A DNA stretch of 64,000 nt from Escherichia coli O157:H7 (GTDB lineage Bacteria; Pseudomonadota; Gammaproteobacteria; Enterobacterales; Enterobacteriaceae), in assembly GCF_013167455.1 (NCBI RefSeq), contig NZ_CP038328.1, one strand, 5' to 3'. Positions within the stretch are counted from its first letter, which is position 1; every line of letters starts with the position of its first letter. Positions 45,557-57,475 of the stretch are shown here, in pieces. The position numbers were made by a program, and so were the translations under genes. Under the pieces are notes generated by a model. The model was not told the origin of the DNA and did no database searches. It saw only the letters and a program-made list of their open reading frames with translations.

Positions 45557-46413
45557 TATTGACCTACGGCAATGCTACAGGTGGTGCCCGACACCAGCGT
45601 GACATCGCCTGGAACTTTATCCAGCGCAAAGCGGACGGGAACGCGTTGGGCGAGACGAACCCAGGGGACGTTAGGTTTCACATCCGGAATAAGGCTTGAG
45701 TCACTTTCAACGCTCTGATCATAAATCGCCCGACCGATACTGGAAACGTGACCCTGTAACGTTTTGTTATCACTATAGAGGGTAATTTGTGCTGGTGCAC
45801 CTTCGCGGATATGGCGCAACTTGGTTTCTTCAAAATAACCAATGACGTAAAACGAGTGGCTGTCGACAAGGGCAAACAGCGGTTTCCCGGTGTCAGCGTA
45901 ATCGCCGATGCGGGTAGTGAGATTAGTCACCCATCCACTCACCGGGGCGCGAATTTCCGTTTGCGCCAGTTGCCATTGTGTCTGTTTCAGCGTCGCCTGT
46001 GCGGCATCAACACTGGCCTGCATCGCTTTAACATTGAGGTTAGCGGTATCGAGTTCTTCGGCAGAAATAAAATTTTGTGAGAGATGACGACGACGATTCG
46101 CTTCGTTATTGGCTTTTGCGAGGTCAGATTGCGCTTTCGCCAGCTGAGCCTGTGCATTCAGCTCGGCGATCTGAAAGGGCGTTTTATCGATCGTGAGCAG
46201 AAGATCCCCCGCGTTAACCAGCTGGTTGTCTTTTATATTCAGCTCAACAATACGTCCCGACACCTGTGGGGTGATAGAAACCTGTTCTGCGCGTATTTTC
46301 CCGTCGCGTGTCCACGGAGATTGCATGTAATAATTCCACAGCCACCATCCGGCAAGAACCGCAACTACCGCTACAATGATTGTTGAGAAATACTTAATTG
46401 TTTTAATTGACAT
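45556..46413 (-). CDS. ydhJ: Membrane fusion protein (HlyD/AaeA-like) YdhJ, 285 aa
   Basis: Start at [18 protein letters not shown]-terminal TM then coiled-coil; 1-nt overlap with ydhK. Confidence 0.8.
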
Positions 46414-46415
46414 AG

Positions 46416-46652
46416 TTACCACGCAATCAGTATTGCCAGAGCAAGGCAAACGCAAATCGCAAACAGCGATAAATCCATTAACAAGGGATGCCAGATGTCA
46501 CCGGCGTAGATCCAGCCACGAAGCAGGCGGTGTACGACAAGCCAGATGACGAATCCAAACGCGAAGGCTTTGAAAAACGGAGGAAAGTAGACGGACGCAC
46601 CGAACACCAGATCTTGTAAGGGCAATCCTGTTGCATTGAGCATAAACTTCAC
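46416..46652 (-). CDS. ydhI: DUF1656 small membrane protein YdhI
   Basis: 78 aa; two TM segments; first gene of ydhIJK. Confidence 0.75.
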
Positions 46653-46846
46653 AAAGTAGATTCCTTTACGACCGAATATATTGCGTTAGATTAATAAATA
46701 TTCTTTAACTGCGAAAAATTTACGCGCAATTTCTGAAAAATATGTCTGACGGTAACCAAATGCAGCAATACATTTGTTTTAGCAATACAATTGCTGCACA
46801 CTATTCTAAAAGCCGCATAATATCTTAGCAAGCTAATTATAAGGAG

Positions 46847-47287
46847 ATGAAATTGGAATCGCCACTAGGTTCTGATCTGGCACGGTTGGTGCGCATATGG
46901 CGTGCTCTGATAGACCATCGCCTGAAACCGCTGGAGTTAACACAAACCCATTGGGTTACGTTACACAATATCCATCAGTTACCTCCAGACCAGTCGCAAA
47001 TTCAACTGGCAAAAGCGATTGGCATCGAGCAGCCATCACTGGTCCGTACTCTGGACCAACTGGAAGAAAAAGGGTTAATTTCGCGTCAAACTTGTGCCAG
47101 CGATCGTCGGGCTAAACGTATTAAACTGACGGAAAAGGCAGAGCCGCTGATCAGCGAAATGGAAGCTGTTATTAACAAAACCCGCGCGGAAATTTTACAT
47201 GGCATCTCCGCAGAGGAACTGGAACAACTGATTACGCTCATCGCAAAACTTGAGCATAATATCATTGAGTTACAGGCCAAAGGGTGA
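46847..47287 (+). CDS. slyA: MarR-family transcriptional regulator SlyA
   Basis: Translation matches SlyA; reference protein (144 aa) is usually annotated from the in-frame TTG at 46853, the ATG at 46847 adds 2 residues. Confidence 0.9.
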
Positions 47288-47333
47288 AATGAAGGGGGCG
47301 TGTGGTCAGTAACCTGACCACACGCAAACTTAT

Positions 47334-47801
47334 TTAGCGCGGAGAAACGGTCACCTGACTGCCATTGCTGGCCAGTACGACACGTTGGCCCGGAGAGAAA
47401 CGAGTGTTGCCTTGTTTCTGTACCACCATGATGGTATTACCATCGTCTTTACGAATTTCCAGCTCGACACCTTGCGTTTTGTTCATTGCACTCTGTACGC
47501 CCTGACCAGCTACGCCACCTGCAACAGCGCCTGCTGCAGTAGCCAGAGAACGCCCGGTTCCGCCACCAACAGTATTTCCCAGGAAACCACCAAGAACAGC
47601 ACCGCCAATTGCACCGATAACGTTGGAATCATCACCGCCCTGAATCTGTACCGGACGTACGTTAACGATGGTTCCATAGCTGACATTCTGTACTTGTTTC
47701 GCTTCAGAAGCGGTATAAACATCCCCTGACAGGGTGTCGTTATTAACACAACCGACAAGAGACAGACCTACCATTGAAACAACCAATACGCGTTTAATCA
47801 T
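47334..47801 (-). CDS. slyB: Outer membrane lipoprotein SlyB
   Basis: 155 aa; lipobox LVGC; Gly-rich region. Confidence 0.9.
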   Translation of the reverse strand: MIKRVLVVSMVGLSLVGCVNNDTLSGDVYTASEAKQVQNVSYGTIVNVRPVQIQGGDDSNVIGAIGGAVLGGFLGNTVGGGTGRSLATAAGAVAGGVAGQGVQSAMNKTQGVELEIRKDDGNTIMVVQKQGNTRFSPGQRVVLASNGSQVTVSPR

Positions 47802-48073
47802 TGAAAAATCTCCTGTTCACCATGAAACGCCACGCAAGCATCCCTCATGGTCAAAGTATATGGCATATGTGAATCCATGGTTACATGTTCTACCAAATAT
47901 GAGCAAATCATAATGAAAGTAGGATCAACCAATTATAAACAAAACATTCATGATGATTATTGATTTGAAGATAATGTTTTACTACCAACGGTAAAAATCG
48001 GTCATTCCGCATGGTATTCACGAAAAGTTTATGTTTGAGTGTGCGCAAACGTCAGATTGAAAAAGGATGAACT

Positions 48074-49183
48074 ATGAAATCGGGCCGCTTTATTGGCGTT
48101 ATGTCAGGCACCAGCCTTGATGGTGTTGATGTTGTGTTGGCGACAATTGATGAACACCGGGTCGCACAGCTGGCAAGTTTGAGCTGGCCGATCCCGGTGT
48201 CTCTGAAACAGGCTGTACTGGATATTTGCCAGGGCCAGCAGCTTACACTTTCGCAGTTTGGACAGCTTGATACTCAACTCGGGCGACTTTTTGCTGATGC
48301 GGTCAAGGCCTTGCTTAAGGAACAAAACCTGCAGGCGAGAGATATAGTTGCGATCGGCTGTCACGGTCAAACCGTCTGGCATGAACCGACGGGCGTGGCA
48401 CCACACACTTTACAGATTGGCGATAACAATCAAATTGTGGCACGCACCGGAATTACGGTTGTCGGTGATTTTCGCCGTCGCGATATTGCCTTGGGAGGAC
48501 AAGGCGCACCGCTGGTACCTGCGTTCCATCATGCCTTGCTGGCTCACCCAACCGAGCGACGAATGGTGCTCAATATTGGCGGCATCGCCAATCTGTCACT
48601 GCTCATTCCTGGGCAGCCGGTTGGCGGCTACGATACCGGTCCTGGTAACATGCTGATGGATGCCTGGATCTGGCGTCAGGCCGGTAAACCTTACGATAAA
48701 GATGCCGAGTGGGCACGGGCGGGTAAAGTTATTCTCCCACTGCTGCAAAATATGCTCAGCGACCCATATTTCTCGCAACCTGCACCGAAAAGCACCGGAC
48801 GCGAATACTTTAACTACGGCTGGCTGGAGCGCCATTTACGCCATTTTCCGGGTGTTGATCCCCGTGATGTTCAGGCCACACTGGCAGAACTCACCGCCGT
48901 GACCATTTCTGAACAAGTTTTGTTGAGCGGTGGCTGCGAACGATTGATGGTATGTGGTGGAGGTAGTCGTAATCCGCTACTCATGGCGCGTCTGGCGGCA
49001 TTACTGCCAGGCACAGAAGTCACCACCACCGATGCCGTTGGCATTAGTGGCGATGACATGGAAGCATTGGCTTTCGCTTGGCTTGCCTGGCGGACGCTGG
49101 CGGGATTACCAGGAAATCTGCCTTCCGTCACTGGCGCAAGCCAGGAGACGGTTCTGGGGGCTATTTTCCCCGCCAACTCGTGA
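48074..49183 (+). CDS. anmK: Anhydro-N-acetylmuramic acid kinase
   Basis: 369 aa; [22 protein letters not shown]. Confidence 0.9.
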   Translation: MKSGRFIGVMSGTSLDGVDVVLATIDEHRVAQLASLSWPIPVSLKQAVLDICQGQQLTLSQFGQLDTQLGRLFADAVKALLKEQNLQARDIVAIGCHGQTVWHEPTGVAPHTLQIGDNNQIVARTGITVVGDFRRRDIALGGQGAPLVPAFHHALLAHPTERRMVLNIGGIANLSLLIPGQPVGGYDTGPGNMLMDAWIWRQAGKPYDKDAEWARAGKVILPLLQNMLSDPYFSQPAPKSTGREYFNYGWLERHLRHFPGVDPRDVQATLAELTAVTISEQVLLSGGCERLMVCGGGSRNPLLMARLAALLPGTEVTTTDAVGISGDDMEALAFAWLAWRTLAGLPGNLPSVTGASQETVLGAIFPANS

Positions 49184-49280
49184 TATCAGAATTAACTGAA
49201 TTTTTTCTTATCGTGTCTGCCGTTACACTTGGAAGATTAAGGAGGATATTTGCCCTCCGGACCAGGAAAGTCTTCGGGAT

Positions 49281-49610
49281 ATGACTATGAAAAAACTGTT
49301 AATTATCATTTTGCCGGTCCTTCTCTCCGGCTGTAGCGCCTTTAATCAACTGGTTGAGCGAATGCAAACCGATACGCTGGAATACCAGTGTGATGAAAAA
49401 CCGTTGACGGTCAAACTGAATAATCCGCGCCAGGAAGTCAGTTTTGTTTACGATAATCAACTACTGCATCTCAAACAGGGCCTTTCAGCCTCTGGCGCGC
49501 GTTACTCCGACGGGATCTATGTTTTCTGGTCGAAAGGTGAGGAAGCGACTGTCTATAAACGCGACCGCATCGTCTTGAATAACTGTCAGTTACAAAATCC
49601 ACAGCGTTGA
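49281..49610 (+). CDS. mliC: Membrane-bound lysozyme inhibitor of C-type lysozyme
   Basis: 109 aa; lipobox LSGC. Confidence 0.85.
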   Translation: MTMKKLLIIILPVLLSGCSAFNQLVERMQTDTLEYQCDEKPLTVKLNNPRQEVSFVYDNQLLHLKQGLSASGARYSDGIYVFWSKGEEATVYKRDRIVLNNCQLQNPQR

Positions 49611-49668
49611 GATTTTTCCAGGGGCGGCGCACAATAGCGTCACCCACAGACAATCCGTAAAGAAAACC

Positions 49669-50325
49669 ATGTCTGATAACGACGAATTGCAGCAAATCGC
49701 GCATCTGCGCCGTGAATACACCAAAGGCGGGTTACGCCGCCGCGATCTTCCCGCCGATCCATTAACCCTTTTTGAACGTTGGCTCTCTCAGGCTTGTGAA
49801 GCCAAACTGGCGGACCCTACCGCGATGGTGGTCGCTACCGTGGATGAACATGGTCAGCCTTATCAGCGCATCGTTTTACTCAAACATTACGACGAAAAAG
49901 GCATGGTGTTTTACACCAACCTCGGTAGCCGTAAAGCACATCAAATTGAAAATAATCCGCGCGTTAGCCTGCTGTTCCCGTGGCATACCCTTGAACGCCA
50001 GGTGATGGTGATCGGTAAAGCAGAACGACTTTCGACTCTCGAAGTGATGAAATATTTTCATAGCCGCCCGCGTGATAGCCAGATTGGTTCATGGGTTTCG
50101 AAGCAGTCCAGTCGCATTTCTGCCCGCGGTATCCTTGAAAGTAAATTCCTGGAGCTGAAGCAGAAGTTTCAACAAGGCGAAGTGCCATTGCCGAGCTTTT
50201 GGGGCGGTTTTCGCGTCAGCCTTGAACAGATTGAGTTCTGGCAGGGCGGTGAGCATCGCCTGCATGACCGCTTTTTGTACCAGCGTGAAAATGATGCGTG
50301 GAAGATTGATCGTCTTGCACCCTGA
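49669..50325 (+). CDS. pdxH: Pyridoxine/pyridoxamine 5'-phosphate oxidase
   Basis: 218 aa; matches PdxH. Confidence 0.93.
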
Positions 50326-50453
50326 AAAGATGCAAAAATCTTGCTTTAATCGCTGGTACTCCTGATTCTGGCACTTTATTCTATGTCTCTTTCGCATCTG
50401 GCGAAAAGTCGTGTACCGGCAAAGGTGCAGTCGTTATATACATGGAGATTTTG

Positions 50454-51728
50454 ATGGCAAGCAGTAACTTGATTAAACAATTGCAAGAGCGGGGGCTGGT
50501 AGCCCAGGTGACGGACGAGGAAGCGTTAGCAGAGCGACTGGCGCAAGGCCCGATCGCGCTCTATTGCGGCTTCGATCCTACCGCTGACAGCTTGCATTTG
50601 GGGCATCTTGTTCCATTGTTATGCCTGAAACGCTTCCAGCAGGCGGGCCACAAGCCGGTTGCGCTGGTAGGCGGCGCGACGGGTCTGATTGGCGACCCGA
50701 GCTTCAAAGCTGCCGAGCGTAAGCTGAACACCGAAGAAACTGTTCAGGAGTGGGTGGACAAAATCCGCAAGCAGGTTGCCCCGTTCCTCGATTTCGACTG
50801 TGGAGAAAACTCTGCTATCGCGGCGAACAACTATGACTGGTTCGGCAATATGAATGTGCTGACCTTCCTGCGCGATATTGGCAAACACTTCTCCGTTAAC
50901 CAGATGATCAACAAAGAAGCGGTTAAGCAGCGTCTCAACCGTGAAGATCAGGGGATTTCGTTCACTGAGTTTTCCTACAACCTGTTGCAGGGTTATGACT
51001 TCGCCTGTCTGAACAAACAGTACGGTGTGGTGCTGCAAATTGGTGGTTCTGATCAGTGGGGTAACATCACTTCTGGTATCGACCTGACCCGTCGTCTGCA
51101 TCAGAATCAGGTGTTTGGCCTGACCGTTCCGCTGATCACCAAAGCAGATGGCACCAAATTTGGTAAAACTGAAGGCGGCGCAGTCTGGTTGGATCCGAAG
51201 AAAACCAGCCCGTACAAATTCTACCAGTTCTGGATCAACACTGCGGATGCCGACGTTTACCGCTTCCTGAAGTTCTTCACCTTTATGAGCATTGAAGAGA
51301 TCAACGCCCTGGAAGAAGAAGATAAAAACAGCGGTAAAGCACCGCGCGCCCAGTATGTACTGGCGGAGCAGGTGACTCGTCTGGTTCACGGTGAAGAAGG
51401 TTTACAGGCGGCAAAACGTATTACCGAATGCCTGTTCAGCGGTTCTTTGAGTGCGCTGAGTGAAGCGGACTTCGAACAGCTGGCGCAGGACGGCGTACCG
51501 ATGGTTGAGATGGAAAAGGGCGCAGACCTGATGCAGGCGCTGGTCGATTCTGAACTGCAACCTTCCCGTGGTCAGGCGCGTAAAACTATCGCCTCCAATG
51601 CCATCACCATTAACGGTGAAAAACAGTCCGATCCTGAATACTTCTTTAAAGAAGAAGATCGTCTGTTTGGTCGTTTTACCTTACTGCGTCGCGGCAAAAA
51701 GAATTACTGTCTGATTTGCTGGAAATAA
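50454..51728 (+). CDS. tyrS: Tyrosyl-tRNA synthetase (424 aa)
   Basis: Start at [19 protein letters not shown] (HLGH) and KMSKS-like (KFGKT) motifs. Confidence 0.95.
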
Positions 51729-51743
51729 TGCATTAAGTGGAAA

Positions 51744-51776
51744 GGGGGAGTGAGAAATCACTCCCCCTGGTTTTTA
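51744..51776 (+). terminator. tyrS rho-independent terminator
   Basis: gggggagtga-gaaa-tcactccccc perfect 10-bp stem, followed by tggtttttata. Confidence 0.8.
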
Positions 51777-51786
51777 TACAGGGAAC

Positions 51787-52650
51787 ATGATGAAAAATAT
51801 TCTCGCTATCCAGTCTCACGTTGTTTATGGTCATGCGGGTAACAGTGCGGCAGAGTTTCCGATGCGCCGCCTGGGCGCGAACGTCTGGCCGCTGAACACC
51901 GTTCAATTTTCTAATCACACCCAATACGGCAAATGGACTGGCTGCGTGATGCCGCCCAGCCATTTAACCGAAATTGTGCAAGGCATTGCCGCCATTGATA
52001 AATTACACACCTGTGATGCCGTATTAAGTGGCTATCTGGGATCGGCGGAGCAGGGTGAACATATCCTCGGTATCGTCCGTCAGGTGAAAGCAGCGAATCC
52101 GCAGGCGAAATATTTTTGCGATCCGGTAATGGGTCATCCAGAAAAAGGCTGTATCGTTGCACCGGGTGTCGCAGAGTTTCATGTGCGGCACGGTTTGCCT
52201 GCCAGCGATATCATTGCGCCGAATCTTGTTGAGCTGGAAATACTCTGTGAGCATCCGGTAAATAACGTCGAAGAAGCGGTTCTGGCAGCGCGCGAACTCA
52301 TTGCGCAAGGGCCACAAATTGTATTGGTTAAACACCTGGCGCGAGCTGGCTACAGCCGTGACCGTTTTGAAATGTTGCTGGTCACCGCCGATGAAGCCTG
52401 GCATATCAGCCGTCCACTGGTGGATTTTGGTATGCGCCAGCCGGTAGGTGTTGGTGATGTGACGAGCGGTTTACTGCTGGTGAAACTGCTTCAGGGGGCA
52501 ACGCTGCAGGAGGCCCTGGAACATGTGACCGCTGCAGTCTACGAAATCATGGTGACCACCAAAGCAATGCAGGAATATGAGTTGCAAGTGGTTGCTGCTC
52601 AGGATCGTATTGCCAAACCAGAACATTACTTCAGCGCAACAAAGCTCTGA
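51787..52650 (+). CDS. pdxY: Pyridoxal kinase 2
   Basis: 287 aa; ribokinase-family fold. Confidence 0.9.
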   Translation: MMKNILAIQSHVVYGHAGNSAAEFPMRRLGANVWPLNTVQFSNHTQYGKWTGCVMPPSHLTEIVQGIAAIDKLHTCDAVLSGYLGSAEQGEHILGIVRQVKAANPQAKYFCDPVMGHPEKGCIVAPGVAEFHVRHGLPASDIIAPNLVELEILCEHPVNNVEEAVLAARELIAQGPQIVLVKHLARAGYSRDRFEMLLVTADEAWHISRPLVDFGMRQPVGVGDVTSGLLLVKLLQGATLQEALEHVTAAVYEIMVTTKAMQEYELQVVAAQDRIAKPEHYFSATKL

Positions 52651-52662
52651 AATATCTCATTT

Positions 52663-52686
52663 CGGCCCACAACGAACTGTGGGCCG
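52663..52686. terminator. Hairpin between convergent pdxY and gstA
   Basis: cggcccac aacgaact gtgggccg. Confidence 0.35.
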
Positions 52687-52693
52687 ACGGCTA

Positions 52694-53299
52694 TTACTTT
52701 AAGCCTTCCGCTGACAGCGCGTCTTGTACTTCCGGACGTTCAGCCATACGTTGCATAAATGCCGCAATGTGCTCTAACCCTTCCAGATTCAGTTTCACCG
52801 CGTATGCCCAGCGCAGTACCGTAAACAGATAGGCATCAGCAATTGTAAATCTTTGCCCGCAGATCCAGTGCTCATCCTTCAGTGCCTCGTTCACATATTG
52901 CAGTTTCTTCTCCAGCTGCGCGCGAACTGTCGGTTTGTACTCTTCCGGTGTATCAGGGCGAAACAGAGGTGTGAAACCTTTATGCAGCTCGGTGGCGATG
53001 TAATTCAGCCATTCGATGGTTTTATAGCGGGAAATACTGTTTACCGGTGCCAGCAACTGGCGGTCGGGGACGCTGTCGGCAAGATACTGCATAATCGCTA
53101 CACCTTCCGTCAGCAAAGTACCGTCATCCAGCAGCAATGCAGGTACCTGTCCCTTAGGGTTAACGGCAAAGTAATCGTCACCGTTTTCGAGACGTTTTTT
53201 CATTAAATCCACACTGACGAGCGTAAAATCCTTTCCGCTCTCACGCAGGGTGATATGGGAAGCGAGAGAGCAGGCGCCCGGTTTGTAGAACAATTTCAT
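52694..53299 (-). CDS. gstA: Glutathione S-transferase
   Basis: 201 aa; [22 protein letters not shown]. Confidence 0.93.
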
Positions 53300-53349
53300 C
53301 GGTAACTCCTTTTGTCTGTGGTTTAAAGTATGGTAGTGCGTTGCTGAAC

Positions 53350-53382
53350 AAAAAAAAAGCCGCTAACGAAAAGTTAGCGGCT
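53350..53382 (-). terminator. dtpA rho-independent terminator
   Basis: On minus strand: aagccgctaac ttttc gttagcggct followed by tttttttt. Confidence 0.7.
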
Positions 53383-53404
53383 TGTAAAAGAGTTTCCCTG
53401 AATT

Positions 53405-54907
53405 TTACGCTACGGCTGCTTTCGCCGCTTTGTCTGCAGCGTCATCCTGCGTCATGCGGTGCAGTTTCGGCGCGGTCAGCAGCATCAGTACTGCAATAAC
53501 GGCAGTAGCGACACCAATCTGCAAGAATACGCGACCATAGACTTCCAGTGACATCAGCGGATCGGTAACGTTATCCGGCACAGCCATCATACCCGCAACA
53601 TAACCACCAATCAGGTTTGCACCGGCAGTGGTCAGGAACCAGCTACCCATAATGAAGCCCATCAGACGCTGCGGAACGAGTTGTGCAACCATTGCCAGAC
53701 CCAGACCAGAGATCATCAGTTCCCCGATACTCTGCAGGCCATAGCTCGCGACCAGCCAGCTTACAGACACGATACCTGCGTCAGACGCGAATTTCGCACC
53801 CAGCGGCAGAATCAGGAACGCACCAGAACACATCACCATACCGATTGCAAACTTGGTTGGCATCGGCAGGGTATCGCCCATCTTGTTATAGATAGCGGCC
53901 AGAATCGGGCTACCAATGATGATCCAGAACGGGTTCAGTGCCTGATACTGCTCAGGTTCTACGGCCAGGCCCAGAATGGTATGTTCAACGTTACGAATCG
54001 CAAAGAAGTTCAGTGACGTTGGCATCTGGCTGTACAGCACGAAGAAGATAATGGCTTCGAGCATCAGGATGAAGGCAACGATCATTTTACGACGCGCAGC
54101 ACCTTTCATCGCGAAGGCTTCTTTACCGAAGATAACCACGATACCGAAGGCAACAACGCCCAGCGCCATACGCGCAACTTCCTGATTGTGCAGCAGCCAG
54201 GTGGCGATAGCGATCAGTGCCACAACACCAATAATGGTCAGCAGCAGGTTACGGTAGTTGATAGGCTCGAAGTCTGGTTTTGAACCGTACTGTTTAACCC
54301 AGCGTTGGCAGAAGGCGAAGTTAACGATAGTGATCAGCAGGCCTACAACGCTCAACGCAAACGCAACACTCCAGCCGTATTTCGCGGCCAGCCACGGGGT
54401 GGCGATCATAGAGAAGAAAGAGCCGATGTTGACGGACATGTAGTACATGGTGAATGCACCGTCCAGACGCGGGTCGTTTTTCTCATAGCATGTAGAAAGC
54501 AGAGAAGACGGGTTAGCTTTAAACAGGCCGTTACCGACCGCAATAGCCGCCATACCCATATAAACGATACCGGCGTCGTGACCAGACCAGGCAACCAGAG
54601 CATAACCAATCGCCAGCACAATAGCGCCGAGCATAATTACGCGTTTAGTACCCAGTACCTTGTCACCTAACCAGCCGCCGATAGCGACCAGACCATAAAC
54701 CAGGGCACTAAAGGAAGAGAAAAGGGTGATTGAATCCGCTTCAGACATACCCAGTTGTTTAACCAGGTAAACAGCCATAATTCCTTGTAGGCCGTAATAA
54801 CCAAAACGTTCCCATAACTCAATCGAGAAGATGAGATAGAACGCCTTCGGTTGTTTGAAAGCGTTCAAACTGACGCTTTCAGTTGGTTTTTGGTTTGCAG
54901 TGGACAC
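53405..54907 (-). CDS. dtpA: Proton-dependent di/tripeptide permease DtpA (TppB)
   Basis: 500 aa; POT/PTR2 family motifs. Confidence 0.92.
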
Positions 54908-55517
54908 TTTTACCTCTTTTTTTACATCCCATATTAACGGGGGTGCTTTCTCGCGTTATGTCTAAAAAACATACGCGCAATTGTTATAGTGGGAGGGGAA
55001 ACGGCAGGTAATGTTCACTATCTTGCACTTTCAGACAAGTCCTTTGTAATAATCTGTTACATATAACTGAGGCGGGGAATTCAACCATTCCGGGAAATGT
55101 TATCCAGCGTTAAATTTTTCAAAAAACGTAACGGCAGATTTTTTCACTGCATTGAGAGGGGGATGATGGCTTGACGGCGATATGTTCTGCTATTTAGCGT
55201 TTTTCCTAGTGAGATAGTCCAGTTTCTTAAAAATAGCCAGTGTAATGTTTTGCAGGTCAATATTTGTTGCGTGTGTAAATTTAAATGATTTTAACCTGAT
55301 TCTTGCAATGTTTTTACATTGCCACAGCATCGTGATCTTGATCACTAATGAATAGAAAATTTCGCTATTAAAAAAACAATTAACCTGCATTTTTGGTTAT
55401 CCGCAAACGGATTACCTGATGATAACGCTAAGCAATGGCATCATTGACGTTAAAAAGATGTTTTAAAAGAGGATAAAGAAAGGTTATCAATGGGGTAATC
55501 GGTGTTACCCCTTTTCT

Positions 55518-56153
55518 TCAGATGTCAACTTTCTCTTTGTATTCACAAAGATCTTCAATAATACAAGAGCCACAGCGGGGCTTGCGGGCAATGCAGGTAT
55601 AACGCCCGTGCAGGATCAACCAATGGTGGCAGTCGACTTTAAACTCTGCCGGAACCACTTTCAGTAGCTTTTCTTCTACCTGTTCGACGTTTTTCCCCGG
55701 CGCAAATTGAGTACGATTACAAACGCGGAAAATGTGCGTGTCGACAGCAATAGTCGGCCAGCCGAATGCAGTGTTTAATACGACGTTGGCTGTTTTACGA
55801 CCTACGCCGGGCAGGGCTTCAAGCGCAGCACGATCTTCCGGAACCTCGCTATTATGCTGCTCCAGTAAGATACGGCAGGTTTTGATGATATTTTCTGCTT
55901 TGCTGTTATAAAGCCCAATCGTTTTGATATAGGTTTTCACCCCTTCAACGCCCAGTTCAAGCATCGCTGCAGGCGTATTCGCCACCGGGTAGAGTTTCGC
56001 CGTCGCCTTATTAACACTGACATCGGTTGCCTGAGCGGAAAGCAGTACGGCAATCAGCAATTCAAAAGGCGAACTGAAATTAAGCTCAGTGGTGGGATGA
56101 GGATTGTTCTCACGCAGGCGAGTGAGGATCTCCAGGCGTTTTGCTTTGTTCAT
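55518..56153 (-). CDS. nth: Endonuclease III (DNA glycosylase/AP lyase)
   Basis: 211 aa; HhH-GPD; C-terminal 4Fe-4S Cys cluster CxxxxxxCxxCxxxxxC. Confidence 0.93.
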   Translation of the reverse strand: MNKAKRLEILTRLRENNPHPTTELNFSSPFELLIAVLLSAQATDVSVNKATAKLYPVANTPAAMLELGVEGVKTYIKTIGLYNSKAENIIKTCRILLEQHNSEVPEDRAALEALPGVGRKTANVVLNTAFGWPTIAVDTHIFRVCNRTQFAPGKNVEQVEEKLLKVVPAEFKVDCHHWLILHGRYTCIARKPRCGSCIIEDLCEYKEKVDI

Positions 56154-56848
56154 CAGACATTCCCTGTTTCACCGTTTGGCAATGCACGTTCGGCAGCTGC
56201 TTCAGTACGGCGCTTTTTCATTCTTTCATCAATCAGGTATTTTCCTGCCAGCATCAGTCCCAGGCCAATAAATGCACCTGGTGGCAGCATCGCCAGCAGG
56301 AAAGGGGAGTCGGTGTGGAAAATCTCCACGCGTAATACTTTTGCCCAGCTACCTAACAGCGCATCTGCACCGTCAAACAATGTGCCATTGCCGATAATTT
56401 CGCGTAGTGAACCCAGCACGAACATGGCGCAGGTTGCGCCCATACCAATTGAAAAGCCGTCCAGTGCCGAAAGCGCCGGACCTTTTTTGGCAGCGAAGGC
56501 TTCAGCGCGGCCCACAACGATACAGTTAGTGACAATCAGCGGAATAAAAATCCCTAATGATTGATACAGGCCAAAGGCGTAGGCGTTGATCAGCATCTGT
56601 ACAGCGCTGACCACCGAGGCGATGATCATCACGTAAATGGGAATGCGGATCTCGGCTGGCGTCCAGTGACGCAGCGTCGAAATGGTCAGGTTGGTCAGCG
56701 TCAGTACCAGCGTAGTCGCAAGTCCTAAACCCAGAGCGTTAGTGGCAGTAGACGTGACAGCCAACAGAGGACAAAGGCCGAGCAACTGGACCAGCGCAGA
56801 GTTGTTTTTCCACAACCCCTGAACAATAACGTCTTTAATTTCGCTCAC
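56153..56848 (-). CDS. rsxE: Rsx/Rnf electron transport complex subunit E
   Basis: 231 aa; 1-nt overlap with nth. Confidence 0.9.
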
Positions 56849-56851
56849 GCT

Positions 56852-57472
56852 TTATTCTCCACAGGCAGGAAGTTGAGAAAGTTGTTCCGGTAACGTCTGA
56901 GCGTACAATCCGGCGCGTTTTACCGCATTAACCACCGCGCGGGGAGTAATCGTCGCGCCGGTGAACTGGTCGAAATTACCACCATCTTTCTTCACCGCCC
57001 AGTGCGCATCATCCGCACCACTGATTTTTTTACCCGCAAAATGGGTGATCCAGTCAGAAAGGCGCAGTTCGATTTTATCGCCAAGCCCTGGCGTTTCGTG
57101 GTGCTCTGTCACGCGCGTGCCAAGTACCGTGCCGTTAAAATCGGCTCCCACCAGCAGCTGAATCGCACCGGAATAGCCATCTGGCGCGGTTGCTTCCAGA
57201 ACGGCGGCTACCGGTTTGTCATCCTGTTTGGCGATGTAAACCCGATGCTCACCTTTACCTAACTCTGGCGCAGTTACCAGATAGCAACTCTGTGCCAGCG
57301 CATTGTTATAGCGTTCGGCTGGCAGCACCTGATCAAATAAAGCCTTTTGTTGCAGACTGGCCTGTTCAGCAATCGTCGTTTTGGTCATCTGGTTGATGGC
57401 CGCAGTTAACCCTGTTGAACCCGCTGCAAATAGCGCCAACGTAATGCCGTGTTTTCGGATAGTTTTCAGCAT
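56852..57472 (-). CDS. rsxG: Rsx/Rnf complex subunit G
   Basis: 206 aa; FMN-binding family. Confidence 0.9.
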   Translation of the reverse strand: MLKTIRKHGITLALFAAGSTGLTAAINQMTKTTIAEQASLQQKALFDQVLPAERYNNALAQSCYLVTAPELGKGEHRVYIAKQDDKPVAAVLEATAPDGYSGAIQLLVGADFNGTVLGTRVTEHHETPGLGDKIELRLSDWITHFAGKKISGADDAHWAVKKDGGNFDQFTGATITPRAVVNAVKRAGLYAQTLPEQLSQLPACGE

Positions 57473-57475
57473 GGT

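Noticed and set aside
54908-55517. 610-bp AT-rich spacer between dtpA and nth containing a 66-aa minus-strand ORF (55190..55390)
   Set aside because: The ORF has no RBS and an AT-biased, low-complexity translation; the region is best read as the dtpA promoter and long leader. No RNA gene or repeat structure recognised.
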